Assembly: GCA_965209055.1 (NCBI GenBank)
Contig: OZ242374.1
Location: 4,256,001-4,320,000, forward strand
Source: Acidobacteriota bacterium
GTDB taxonomy: Bacteria; Acidobacteriota; UBA6911; RPQK01; JAJDTT01
Length of the DNA stretch: 64,000 nucleotides
Direction: 5' to 3'
The position numbers were made by a program, and so were the translations under genes. Positions 36,623 through 46,212 of this stretch are shown piece after piece. Below the pieces are notes generated by a model. The model had not been told where the DNA came from. It ran no database searches and saw nothing but the letters and a program-made list of their open reading frames with translations. Positions within the stretch are counted from its first letter, which is position 1. Each line of letters opens with the position of its first letter.

Positions 36623-38473
36623 ATGATCACAGGTCTCAGGACACCGATTGCGGTTTTCGCGCTCGTGGGCTTGTTGTCGGCGGGAGCCGGGATCCTGACG
36701 GCCGGAACTTCGGGTGTGCCGGATCCACCGGTCCTGCTTCCCGACGGGACGGAGTTCCAGACCTGGGAAGATGTGACCGACTACCGGCGGGTCTACTACG
36801 TGGACCAGCGGCACCCCGTGGCGGCGGACGACAACCCGGGCACCGAAGAGGCCCCTTTTCTGACGATCCAACGTGCGGCGGACGTGGTCCGGCCCGCGGA
36901 AAAGGTCTTGATCAAATCGGGCCTCTACCGTGAGTGGGTCCGGCCGCGGCTGGGGGGCACGGGCCCGGACGGCATGGTCAGCTTCGAGGCGGCGCCGGGC
37001 GCGGAGGCCGTCATCAGCGGGTCCGAGGTGCTGAGGGCCGTGTGGACCAACTCGGGACGGTCCAAGTCGGCCAACGTCTGGAAGGCGGATCTGCCCCCCG
37101 AGTTCTTCGGCGACAACCACCCGTTTGCCGCCGTCAACACTTCAGACGCCGACTTCGCGGTCATGCGCTGGGCCCGGGCGGAGCGGGGACGGATCCCCCA
37201 CACCCTGCCGCGAGCCATGGTGTTTCAGGACGGGCGGCGCCTGACCCAGTTGGCCCGGATCGAGGAGTTGCACCGGGTCGCCGGCACGTTCTGGATCGAC
37301 GGGGAGAACCGGCAACTGCACCTCAACCCGTTCGACCGCAGGGACCCCAACACCCGGCAGATCGAGGTGACCACACGGCAGTTCCTGATCAACCCCCTGG
37401 TGAAGGGGATGGAATACATCCGGATCAAGGGGCTCACGTTCGAGCATGCCGGCAACGGATTCATCCGCTCCGGAAACGGCGCCATCACGACCTGGGGCGG
37501 CCGCCATTGGATCATCGAGGAAAACACCGTCCGGCACGTCAACGCGGTGGGCATCGAGATCGGCGCGTTCACCGAAGAGGGCCCCAACGCAGGGAACCGG
37601 AACGAGCTGGCGAAGACGACGGGAGACCACCTGGTGCGCCGCAACCACGTGTACGATTGCGGCACCGGCGGCATTCAGGGAACCGTCGTCTCCCGCAGCC
37701 TCGTTTCCGACAATCACGTCCACGACTGCGGTTGGCAGGACGTCGAGCGCTACTGGGAGGTGGCGGGCATCAAGCTCCTGATCATGCTGGATTCCGTCGT
37801 CACGCGGAATCACGTTCACGATTGCTATGCCTCGTCGGGAATCTGGATCGATTTCGCGAACCGGAACACGCGGGTCACCCGGAACCTGATTCACGACATC
37901 TCCAGTTACGCCGGGGGGCTCTTCTTCGAGGCCTCCAACGTCATCAACCTGATCGATCACAATGTCGTCTACAACGTCCAGGGCTCCGGTTTCTACTTGC
38001 ACGACTCCGACCGGCTCCTGGTGACCCACAACCTGCTGGTGAACTGCGCGCCGTACGGCATCCGCATGACGAAGACCAAGACCCGGGACCGGGTGGGCGT
38101 ATCCAAGCACAACCGCGTGATCAACAATGTCGTCGCCGAGTGCCCGGTGCCGTTCGAATACGCCAATACGGAGAACGTGTCGGATTACAACATCGTCTCG
38201 GGGGCAGGACAGAACTTCAGCTTGGCCGAATGGCAGTCGACCGGCCTGGACTCCCACAGCCGAACGGCAAACCTCGACATTGCCATCGGACCCGAGGACG
38301 GGATCCTGTCCTGGTCGGCTCGGAAAGACGAGGTCCTGAAGGTGACCCGCGACGAACGGATGGGTTTCGACTACTTCGGCCGCAAATACCCCGGCGGTGT
38401 GATCACAGTGGGACCCTTCATTGAAGGTTGGAGTCCGGCCCACCGCCGGTTGAAACTCGTTCTCATCAAATGA
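36623..38473 (+). CDS. Secreted right-handed parallel beta-helix protein (DUF1565/GH120-like N-terminus)
   Basis: Signal peptide; YYVD..DDNPGTEEAPFLTIQRAA, GLYREWV; repeated N-x-V-H-D beta-helix rungs, GIWID. Confidence 0.82.
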   Translation: MITGLRTPIAVFALVGLLSAGAGILTAGTSGVPDPPVLLPDGTEFQTWEDVTDYRRVYYVDQRHPVAADDNPGTEEAPFLTIQRAADVVRPAEKVLIKSGLYREWVRPRLGGTGPDGMVSFEAAPGAEAVISGSEVLRAVWTNSGRSKSANVWKADLPPEFFGDNHPFAAVNTSDADFAVMRWARAERGRIPHTLPRAMVFQDGRRLTQLARIEELHRVAGTFWIDGENRQLHLNPFDRRDPNTRQIEVTTRQFLINPLVKGMEYIRIKGLTFEHAGNGFIRSGNGAITTWGGRHWIIEENTVRHVNAVGIEIGAFTEEGPNAGNRNELAKTTGDHLVRRNHVYDCGTGGIQGTVVSRSLVSDNHVHDCGWQDVERYWEVAGIKLLIMLDSVVTRNHVHDCYASSGIWIDFANRNTRVTRNLIHDISSYAGGLFFEASNVINLIDHNVVYNVQGSGFYLHDSDRLLVTHNLLVNCAPYGIRMTKTKTRDRVGVSKHNRVINNVVAECPVPFEYANTENVSDYNIVSGAGQNFSLAEWQSTGLDSHSRTANLDIAIGPEDGILSWSARKDEVLKVTRDERMGFDYFGRKYPGGVITVGPFIEGWSPAHRRLKLVLIK

Positions 38474-38489
38474 GAACCACCGGGCAGCG

Positions 38490-40265
38490 TCACCGCCTCT
38501 GGCGGGACCCGGCAAGACGGCCACGCCGGCTTCGCGTGGCCTGGAGATCCACTGCCGTTCCGGACGCATCCAGGACGACGCCGTAGACGTCCCGGGCCCG
38601 ATCCCGCGTCACCTTGCCTTGGGCCACGTCTTCCAGCACTCGCTCGGGGTCCCGCTCCAGTGGAGTCCCGTAGCCACCGCCGCCCGGCGTCCGGTAGCTG
38701 ATGACGGAGCCGGGCTGGAGCTGCAATGTGACCTTGGATGGGAGTTCCTTCGCTTCTCCGTCCGGGTTGAGAATGTACCTGGAGGGAGATCCGCTCCCCC
38801 CTCCGAACAGCCCCCAGGGCGCAAATTTCCGGTTGTCGGAGAAGACCGTCAGCGTGGCCTCGTGGCCGGGGAACTTCCAGTCGCGGCGCAGACCCAATCC
38901 TCCCCGGTAGCGGCCGGCCCCTTCCGAGTCCGGAATCAGCTCGTAGCGGGTGATCAGGAAGGGCAGATTGTTCTCAGTCTCCTCGATGGCCGAGTTCTCC
39001 GTGTTCTGGATATGGGACTGGACGGCGTCCATTCCGTCCTTGGTGGGAAGGCCTCCCCATCCGCCGGCCATGGTCTCGATGAAGGTGTAGTACTCACCGG
39101 TGCGGGGATCGGTTCCCCCGCAGGCCATGTGGCAGTTGATGCTCTTGGTGCTGGCCATGACCTTGTTCGGCATCGCGTCCGAAAGGGCCTGGAAACCCAG
39201 ACAGCACAGCCGCATGACCACTTCCCAGCCGCCGACCACGCCCACCGGGGGAGTTGCATTCACCACCGTTCCCGGAGGCGCCTTCACGTCGATGAGCCGG
39301 TAGAAGCCTTCGTTGGTGGGAATATCGGAATCGATCAGGCACTTGACGACGTAGGCCAGGGGCGAATAGGTCTGGGTCAAGGTGGCGTTCATGGGAGAGC
39401 TGCGCTGGTCGTCCGATCCGGTGAGATCGAACGAGACCCGCCCCTTCTTGATCTCCACCTTCAGCGCCAGCCGGATCGGCCGGTCCGTCACCCCGTCATC
39501 GTCCAGCAGGGTTTCGGTTTCGTAGACTCCATCCGGGAGTTTCGAGATCTCGGCCCGGGCCCAGCGCTCGGTGTACTCGATCAGCTCATCGACGAAGATC
39601 TCCACCGACTCCGCGCCGAACCTGGAGAGAATCTCGGCCATCCGTTTCTGTCCCAGCAGCGAGGCGGCGATCTGGGCCCGAAAATCCCCTGTGGACTGCC
39701 GTGGCGAGCGGATGTTGGCCAGGATGAGGCGGAAGACATCGTCGACAATCTCCCCCTCGGAAACCAGCTTGGCCGGGGGAATGATGATCCCTTCCTGGTA
39801 GAGCTCCGTGGAAATGCAGTAGCCACCCGGCGCATAACCGCCGATGTCCACATGGTGCGCGATGGTGGCCGCGTACCCGTGGATCTGCCCGCCGCTGAAG
39901 AAGGGGGCCATGATGGCCACGTCGTTGAGGTGGACGCCGCCCCGATAGGGGTGGTTCATGACCAGGGCGTCGCCTGGCCGAAGCTTCTCGATCCCGTATT
40001 GGCGGATGGTGTTGGGAATCATTCTGGACATGGATGCCAGATGCACCGGCTGGGAGAAGGACTGGGCGATGATGCGGAGCTTGGAGTCGAACAGCGCACA
40101 GGAGAAGTCGGATCGGGTCTTGATGTTGGTGGAATAAGCCGCCTTTCTCAGGGCGGCGCCCATCTCGTCGGCGGCGGCTTCGAAGGCGCTGCGAATGACT
40201 TCGAACCGGATGGGGTCCATCCTGAGGGCCGCAGCCTTTTTTTCCGTCTCATGGCTCTTGCTCAT
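38490..40265 (-). CDS. Hydantoinase B/oxoprolinase family protein
   Basis: DPIRFEVI, STNIK..DFSCA, PVHLASM, HPY.GGVHLND, HHVDIGG, GAGRYRGG, TPGGGGYG. ATG 40265 overlaps the stop of the A subunit. Confidence 0.93.
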   Translation of the reverse strand: MSKSHETEKKAAALRMDPIRFEVIRSAFEAAADEMGAALRKAAYSTNIKTRSDFSCALFDSKLRIIAQSFSQPVHLASMSRMIPNTIRQYGIEKLRPGDALVMNHPYRGGVHLNDVAIMAPFFSGGQIHGYAATIAHHVDIGGYAPGGYCISTELYQEGIIIPPAKLVSEGEIVDDVFRLILANIRSPRQSTGDFRAQIAASLLGQKRMAEILSRFGAESVEIFVDELIEYTERWARAEISKLPDGVYETETLLDDDGVTDRPIRLALKVEIKKGRVSFDLTGSDDQRSSPMNATLTQTYSPLAYVVKCLIDSDIPTNEGFYRLIDVKAPPGTVVNATPPVGVVGGWEVVMRLCCLGFQALSDAMPNKVMASTKSINCHMACGGTDPRTGEYYTFIETMAGGWGGLPTKDGMDAVQSHIQNTENSAIEETENNLPFLITRYELIPDSEGAGRYRGGLGLRRDWKFPGHEATLTVFSDNRKFAPWGLFGGGSGSPSRYILNPDGEAKELPSKVTLQLQPGSVISYRTPGGGGYGTPLERDPERVLEDVAQGKVTRDRARDVYGVVLDASGTAVDLQATRSRRGRLAGSRQRR

Positions 40266-42352
40266 GGCTGTCCGTCCTGGATCAGAATGTTGCCGTGGAG
40301 GTCGACGTCCGCCTGGTAGTCCGGATGGAGGACCACGGTCGAATCCACCTCCTCCACGATGGCCGGCCCCATGATGCGGTCTCCTGACTTCAGGCGATAG
40401 CGATCGTAGACCTTGCACGGGACCGCACCACCACGCTCGGCAAAGTGGACGGGCCGTTCATTCTTGACGGCATCGCCGGCGTCACCCGTACCGGTCTCGA
40501 GCCGGCGCAGGCGCGGCTGCCGGATCCTCCCGACGGCGGTCAGCCTCAGTGCCACCGCTTCCGTCGGTTCCGTGTCGTCGGCATAGCCGTAAGCCCGCTC
40601 GTGTTCCTTGTAGAAGGCCGCGTTCACGGTTCTTTTGTCGCCCTCCGTCAGGTCTCGACCAGGAATCTCGATCTTCAATTCGTATCCCTGACCCACGTAC
40701 CTCATGTCCAGATAGTGGGCAAAGGTGACGTCTTCCCCGGAAATGCCCTCGGAGAACAGGACATCCCGGCCACGTTCGGCCAATTCGGAGAAGGACCGGT
40801 TGAGAAGCTCGAGATCGAGTGAATCGATCTGCTGATGAAAGGCGCGGACATAATCGTGCTTGATGTCGCTCACCAGCAATCCCAGGGCGGAGGTCACCCC
40901 CGGGCTCATGGGAATGAGCACCTTGGGAATCCCCAACTCCCGGGCCAACCCGTTGGCGTGCATGGGTCCGGCGCCCCCGAAGGCGACCAATACGAAGTCC
41001 CGTGGATCGAAGCCCCTTTGAACCGAGATGGTCCGGACCGCGCCGATCATGTTGGCGTTGGCGATCTCGATGATCCCGTTGGCCGTCTCCACCACGCCCA
41101 GTCCCAACCGGCCGGCCAGTTGTCGGACCGCCGCTTCCGCCAGCTCCGGATCGAGCGTCTGTTCTCCCCCGATGAAATAGTCCGGGTTGAGACGTCCCAG
41201 CACCAGGTTGGCGTCGGTGATGCACGGTTCCTTCTGGCCCTTTCCGTAGCAGGCGGGGCCCGGATCGGCGCCGCCGCTTCGCGGCCCGACCCGCAACGCG
41301 CCTCCGGGATCGATCCAGGCGATGCTCCCGCCGCCGGCGCCGATCTCCACCAGGTCGACCACGGGAGTCCTGACCGGGTATCCGGCTCCCTTGCTCTCCG
41401 CCACGGCGGCGCTGCCGACTTCGAAATGGGGCGCGATCTTGACGTTTCCCCCTTCCACCAGCCCGAGCTTGGCGGTGGTGCCTCCCATGTCGAAACTGAT
41501 GACGTCCCGGGTCCCCACCAGTTCTCCCAGGTAACGCGTCGCGATGACCCCGGCCGCCGGTCCCGATTCGATCAGGTGGACCGGTTCCCGCTTGGCCACG
41601 TCCGAGGCCATGACCCCGCCGGCCGAGGTCATGAGGTGCAACCCCACGCCGACACCCAAACGGGCCAACCGGTTCTCCAGGTTCTCCAGGTAGCGGGTCA
41701 CGATGGGCATCACCACGGCGTTGATGGCGGTGGTGCTGGCGCGAAAGTACTCCCTCATCTCCGGACAGAGATCGGACGAGATGGACAGAAACACTCCCGG
41801 CAATTCCTCCCGAAGGAGGTCGCGAACCCGTTTCTCGTGCGACGGGTTGACGTACGAATGCAGCAGGCAGACGGCCACCGACTCGACGGCGGCCTCCTTC
41901 ATGCGGCGGGCCACTTCCCGCGCCGATTCCTCATCCAGGGGAGTGAGGACCTGGCCGGCGTAGTCCAGGCGCCCCGGCACTCCGTAGCATCGGTTCCGCG
42001 GAATCACCGGCTTCGGCTTCTCGCAAAAGATGTCGTAGAGTCTGGGCCGGATCTGCCGGGCGATTTCCAGGACGTCCCGAAACCCCTCGGTGGCGACCAG
42101 GGCTGTCCGGGCGCCCTTCCCCTCAATGAGTGTATTGGTCGCCACAGTGGTCCCATGGACGTTGTAGGAGACGTCCGCGGCGGCCACCTTGGATTCTCTC
42201 AAGGCACGTTCCACCGTGTTCAGAAATCCCACCGAGGGATCGCTGGGGGTGCTGGCCATTTTCACGAGCCGCAACTCTCCGGTGGACTCGTTCATCATGA
42301 CCAGGTCCGTGAACGTCCCCCCGATGTCCACACCGATTCGATAGCTGTCCAT
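40262..42352 (-). CDS. Hydantoinase A/oxoprolinase (ATP-dependent) family protein
   Basis: GVDIGGTFTD, HGTTVATN, SGPAAG, DMGGTT, GAGGGSIA, GADPGPACYG, FGGAGP. Confidence 0.95.
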   Translation of the reverse strand: MDSYRIGVDIGGTFTDLVMMNESTGELRLVKMASTPSDPSVGFLNTVERALRESKVAAADVSYNVHGTTVATNTLIEGKGARTALVATEGFRDVLEIARQIRPRLYDIFCEKPKPVIPRNRCYGVPGRLDYAGQVLTPLDEESAREVARRMKEAAVESVAVCLLHSYVNPSHEKRVRDLLREELPGVFLSISSDLCPEMREYFRASTTAINAVVMPIVTRYLENLENRLARLGVGVGLHLMTSAGGVMASDVAKREPVHLIESGPAAGVIATRYLGELVGTRDVISFDMGGTTAKLGLVEGGNVKIAPHFEVGSAAVAESKGAGYPVRTPVVDLVEIGAGGGSIAWIDPGGALRVGPRSGGADPGPACYGKGQKEPCITDANLVLGRLNPDYFIGGEQTLDPELAEAAVRQLAGRLGLGVVETANGIIEIANANMIGAVRTISVQRGFDPRDFVLVAFGGAGPMHANGLARELGIPKVLIPMSPGVTSALGLLVSDIKHDYVRAFHQQIDSLDLELLNRSFSELAERGRDVLFSEGISGEDVTFAHYLDMRYVGQGYELKIEIPGRDLTEGDKRTVNAAFYKEHERAYGYADDTEPTEAVALRLTAVGRIRQPRLRRLETGTGDAGDAVKNERPVHFAERGGAVPCKVYDRYRLKSGDRIMGPAIVEEVDSTVVLHPDYQADVDLHGNILIQDGQP

Positions 42353-42665
42353 GTCCTTGACTTTGAGCCGGCGTCACCCTTCCGGGGCCGGTATCGGCGC
42401 TTTCCCAGCCGGCACATTACGATACCGCAATCGAACCCGCTGATCCCGTCATACCGAGTCTCCAGCGTTGTTTCGGGGCTCGGAATCCTCTCCGATGGCA
42501 CTGCACCAGGCCACTGAGAATCTTGTCATCGGCCGGATCCGTTCCCTACAATCAACTGGATTTTAGAGAACGGCGCCAGGAAGGAGGTGACCTACGAGAA
42601 GAGGGAACCGTCGGGAACCTGCTCAACAAAGGAGCGCCCGTGCCTCTCGTCTCCAACCCTCTCGC

Positions 42666-43883
42666 TTGGCCTCGCCGCCGCGAATCACCTGGCGGACCTG
42701 CTCCTTGCTTCTGTTGGCAACGATCTGGGCCACCTTCGCATTGATCCGTGGCCAGGGAGAGATCCGCAAACTGATCGAAACCGGCCGGCTCCTGGAAGCC
42801 CGGGAACTGGTCCGGCAGAAACTGGCGGAAGATCCGTCCAGCTCTGCGTGGCTGTACTGGAAAGCGGCCATCGCCTTCGCCTCGGGAGACCTGGCCGATG
42901 CGGAGAGGACGCTGCAACAGGTGGTCGGGAGCCAAGCCGCGTCGGGACCACACCTGTTGTTGCTGGGAGAGATCCATGACCGGAAGCAGCAGTGGAGGGA
43001 AGCCGCCGGAGCGTACCGGCGCGCGCTGGCGTTTCCTCACGGCTCCGACCTTCTGATCCGATTGGCGCGAGCCGAGTACCGCGCCGGAAATCCGCAGGCT
43101 GTCATCGAGACGCTCCAACCCCTGGCAGGGTCACCCGAGGCCACCGGGGAAGCGTTTTTTCTGCTGGCGCTCTCCCAAGGCCGTCAGGGAGACCTGGAAC
43201 AGTCCGTCGCCCACCTGTCGAAGGCGGTCGAAAAGCAGCCGGACGTCGCCACCTATCGTTTCCAATTTGCCCTCGCCCTGGGCGAGAGCGGCGATCTGGA
43301 GCGCGCGGTGCAGGAACTTCGCAGAACCCTCGTGCTGGAGCCCAATCTGGCCTTGGCCCATTTCTACCTGGGGCAGATCCTGCACAACATGAACCTCCGC
43401 GACGACGCCTTGGCGGCGCTGCAGCGGGCGGACCGGCTGCAACCCGGGATTCCCAATCTGGCCTTCAGCCTCGGACTCCTCTACAAGCTGCAAGGGGACT
43501 ATGACCAGGCGATCATGAAGCTCGAGTCGGAGATCGCCTCCGGCAGCGACCATCCGGCGGCGCATTTCCACCTGGCGGAGATTCTCTTTCGCAGGAACCA
43601 GACTCGCCAGAGCGGGGAATTGATCAAGCGGGCCATCGAGCTCCAACCGGGGACGGCCGACTTTCATCTTCTGGCCACGGAGATCGCCCTCTCGGCCGGC
43701 CGGATGGAAGAAGCCGAAGCACAGGTCGGCGCGGCCGTCGATTCGGATCCCAACTCCGGCCGCGCCCATTACCTCCGGGGCAGGGTCCTGCAGGCCATGG
43801 GACGGGACCAGGAGGCGGGAAGCGCTTTCGAGCTCTCCCGAAAGCTGATGGACGGACGGAGAGAGGGCGCTCCCGCACCATGA
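42666..43883 (+). CDS. Tetratricopeptide repeat protein (exported or anchored)
   Basis: N-terminal hydrophobic segment; many TPR units (AHFYLG..L, AHFHLAEIL, AHYLRGRVL). TTG start uncertain. Confidence 0.85.
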   Translation: MASPPRITWRTCSLLLLATIWATFALIRGQGEIRKLIETGRLLEARELVRQKLAEDPSSSAWLYWKAAIAFASGDLADAERTLQQVVGSQAASGPHLLLLGEIHDRKQQWREAAGAYRRALAFPHGSDLLIRLARAEYRAGNPQAVIETLQPLAGSPEATGEAFFLLALSQGRQGDLEQSVAHLSKAVEKQPDVATYRFQFALALGESGDLERAVQELRRTLVLEPNLALAHFYLGQILHNMNLRDDALAALQRADRLQPGIPNLAFSLGLLYKLQGDYDQAIMKLESEIASGSDHPAAHFHLAEILFRRNQTRQSGELIKRAIELQPGTADFHLLATEIALSAGRMEEAEAQVGAAVDSDPNSGRAHYLRGRVLQAMGRDQEAGSAFELSRKLMDGRREGAPAP

Positions 43884-45538
43884 GTAAGGCGGTCCTCCTC
43901 CTGGCGCTGTCCGTGGTCCAGGTTTCAGGTGAATCAGGCTCCATCCAGTTCAGGGAAGGTGCGGCCGAGGCGGGGATCGAATTCCGTTTCGTGAGTGGTT
44001 CGGCGGACAAACCGTACATCATCGAGTCGATCAGCGGCGGAGTGGCCCTGTTCGACTACGACAACGACGGGTGGCTCGACATTTACCTCGTCAACGGGAA
44101 TACCGTCGAGGAGTTCCTGGCAGGCAAACGCACGGTCCGGAACGCGCTCTACCGGAACCAGGGAAACGGCACGTTTCGCGACGTCACGCTGCAGGCCGGC
44201 GTCCCCGGCGGCCCGTGGGACATGGGAGCGGTGGCGGCCGACGTGGACAACGACGGATTCCAGGATCTCTTCCTCACCGGGTTCGATCGAAACACCCTGT
44301 TCCGAAACAACGGCGACGGAACCTTCCGCGACATCACGGCCTCGTCGGGTCTGGCCGACAAGCGGTGGGGAGCCGGCGCCGCTTTCGGCGACTACGACGC
44401 GGACGGACTGCTCGACCTGTACGTGGCCCGCTACGTCCAGTTCGATCCACGCCATCCTCCCCCTTCCACACCCAAGTTCTGCAGCTACCGGGGGATCTCG
44501 GTCCAATGCGGACCCCGCGGCATGCCGGGGGCCGAAGACTCGCTCTACAAAAACCTGGGTGGCGGCCGGTTCCGGGACGTGAGCCGGGAGTCCGGCATTT
44601 TGAACGGCTCCACCTACTACGGCCTGGGCTGCATCTGGTTCGACTACGACGAAGACGGCGATCAGGACATCTTCGTGGCCAACGATTCCTGTCCCAACTT
44701 CCTGTTTAGAAATGAGAAAGGCCGCTTCGTCGAGGTGGCGATGGAGACCGGAGTTGCGCTGGGCGAGAACGGAAACGAACAGGACGGCATGGGGATCGCG
44801 GTGGGAGACGTGAACCGGGACGGACGGCTCGACCTGGTGCAGACCAACTTCTCGGAGGACAACAACACGTTGTACCTGAACCGGGGATCCTTCTTCACCG
44901 ACTCCAGCTACCGCTGGGGACTCGGGGAATCCACCTGGCAGTATCTGGGCTGGGGGACCTTCTTCTTCGATGCGGACCTGGACGGATGGCTCGACCTCTT
45001 CATCGCCAACGGGCACGTCTACCCCCAGGTGGACAAGGTTCAGATCGGGACATCTTTCCGGCAACGCGATCTCCTCTTCCGAAACGAAGAGGGGCGCCGG
45101 CTGGTCGAGGTGGGCCGGCAGGCCGGTCTGGTCAAATTGGAAAACACCCGCGGGGCGGCGGTGGGGGATCTGAACAACGACGGCAGACCGGACATGGTCG
45201 TAAATCACATGGACTCGTCCGCCAGCCTGTACTGGAACGAGAGTCCGACAAACGGGCGGCGCTGGATCGGATTCGAACTGGTTGGATCGATCTCCAACCG
45301 CGATGCGGTCGGTGCCCGAGTGACGGTTTCCGCGGGGGGCCTACGGCAAGTGGCCGTCGTGCGGAGCGGCTCCAGCTACCTCTCCCAAAACGATCAACGG
45401 CTGCTCTTTGGAACCGGGAATCAAGAGGTCGAAGAAGTGACGATCCGCTGGCCCAACGGGAGGAAGCAGATTCTGAAGGATTGGAAGCTCGACGCCTACA
45501 ACCTGGTGACGGAACCTCGAGTTCGAATTGGCCTCTGA
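43880..45538 (+). CDS. CRTAC1/ASPIC-UnbV family protein with FG-GAP/VCBS repeats
   Basis: Repeated DYDNDGWLD/DVDNDG/DYDADG Ca-binding loops; C-terminal SGSSYLSQND.RLLFG, IRWP. ATGA overlap with the TPR gene. Confidence 0.93.
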   Translation: MSKAVLLLALSVVQVSGESGSIQFREGAAEAGIEFRFVSGSADKPYIIESISGGVALFDYDNDGWLDIYLVNGNTVEEFLAGKRTVRNALYRNQGNGTFRDVTLQAGVPGGPWDMGAVAADVDNDGFQDLFLTGFDRNTLFRNNGDGTFRDITASSGLADKRWGAGAAFGDYDADGLLDLYVARYVQFDPRHPPPSTPKFCSYRGISVQCGPRGMPGAEDSLYKNLGGGRFRDVSRESGILNGSTYYGLGCIWFDYDEDGDQDIFVANDSCPNFLFRNEKGRFVEVAMETGVALGENGNEQDGMGIAVGDVNRDGRLDLVQTNFSEDNNTLYLNRGSFFTDSSYRWGLGESTWQYLGWGTFFFDADLDGWLDLFIANGHVYPQVDKVQIGTSFRQRDLLFRNEEGRRLVEVGRQAGLVKLENTRGAAVGDLNNDGRPDMVVNHMDSSASLYWNESPTNGRRWIGFELVGSISNRDAVGARVTVSAGGLRQVAVVRSGSSYLSQNDQRLLFGTGNQEVEEVTIRWPNGRKQILKDWKLDAYNLVTEPRVRIGL

Positions 45539-45548
45539 GGATTGAACA

Positions 45549-45794
45549 ATGACGGACCCGCTGATCAACAAAGACACCGACGTCCTTGGCGGAACCCCGG
45601 TATTTTCCGGGACCAGGGTCCCGATACGCATCTTGATAGAGCACCTGGAAGCCGGCGATCGGCTCGACGAGTTCCTGGACAGCTACCCGACGGTGTCACG
45701 AAGCCAAGCGATCAAGGTGCTCCAACGGGCAAAGACGATGCTCACCGGGAATTCGGGTGAAGCTGCTGGTCTCGGACACGCGAACAAGAGTTGA
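45549..45794 (+). CDS. DUF433 family antitoxin
   Basis: DVLGGTPVFSGTRVPI, LEAGDRLDEFLDSYPTV. Confidence 0.9.
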   Translation: MTDPLINKDTDVLGGTPVFSGTRVPIRILIEHLEAGDRLDEFLDSYPTVSRSQAIKVLQRAKTMLTGNSGEAAGLGHANKS

Positions 45795-45868
45795 AACCCC
45801 TTGTTCCGGAAGTGGTCGATATCGTCACCGGGGAATTGCAATGGCGCATCTACCGTGTCGTGGCGTAA
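45757..45868 (+). pseudogene. Internally deleted PIN-like (DUF5615-type) toxin remnant
   Basis: GTG AAG CTG CTG (MKLL, the usual DUF5615 start, overlapping the DUF433 end) is joined out of frame to EQELKPLVPEVVDIVTGELQWRIYRVVA-stop, which resembles the C-terminus of that family. Confidence 0.6.
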
Positions 45869-45883
45869 CAGTCCATGCAGCGG

Positions 45884-46141
45884 TCACCGCTTTCCCGGAT
45901 GTCCGTAGATCATAGCGCGCAATTCCTGCCACGAGTACGCCTCAAGCGGGTCGGTACCGGACGGATTCCCCGCACTCACTTCGGTGAGCCGGTAACGAAT
46001 ACGGGGAACGGGAGTGTCCAGAACTTGACGAAGTCCTTCTTCGATCAGCGCGCTCAATGAGCGGCCCGATTTCCTGGCTTGGCGGTTCGCCCGCGCCAGC
46101 AAGCGGTCGGAGATCTCTACGGTCGTCTTCACATTGCCCAT
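45884..46141 (-). CDS. VapB-like ribbon-helix-helix antitoxin (orphan)
   Basis: VKTTVEISDRLLARA...GRSLSALIEEGLR..L RHH pattern; no VapC ORF follows. Confidence 0.8.
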   Translation of the reverse strand: MGNVKTTVEISDRLLARANRQARKSGRSLSALIEEGLRQVLDTPVPRIRYRLTEVSAGNPSGTDPLEAYSWQELRAMIYGHPGKR

Positions 46142-46212
46142 TTCAGCTTGTCCTTCTGCTATGTTAACGCCATCGCTCGCTTGCGGTGCGGGTTTGGATT
46201 TGGGGGTCTGGA

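Noticed and set aside
42353-42665. GCCACTG and AGGGAA motifs suggesting a cobalamin riboswitch
   Set aside because: The motifs are in the wrong order, and the conserved CCCGCAACTGT core and B12 box are absent.
42666-45538. TPR plus CRTAC1/ASPIC-UnbV pair as a novel system
   Set aside because: A common multicopy arrangement in Acidobacteriota and Planctomycetota; nothing distinctive here.
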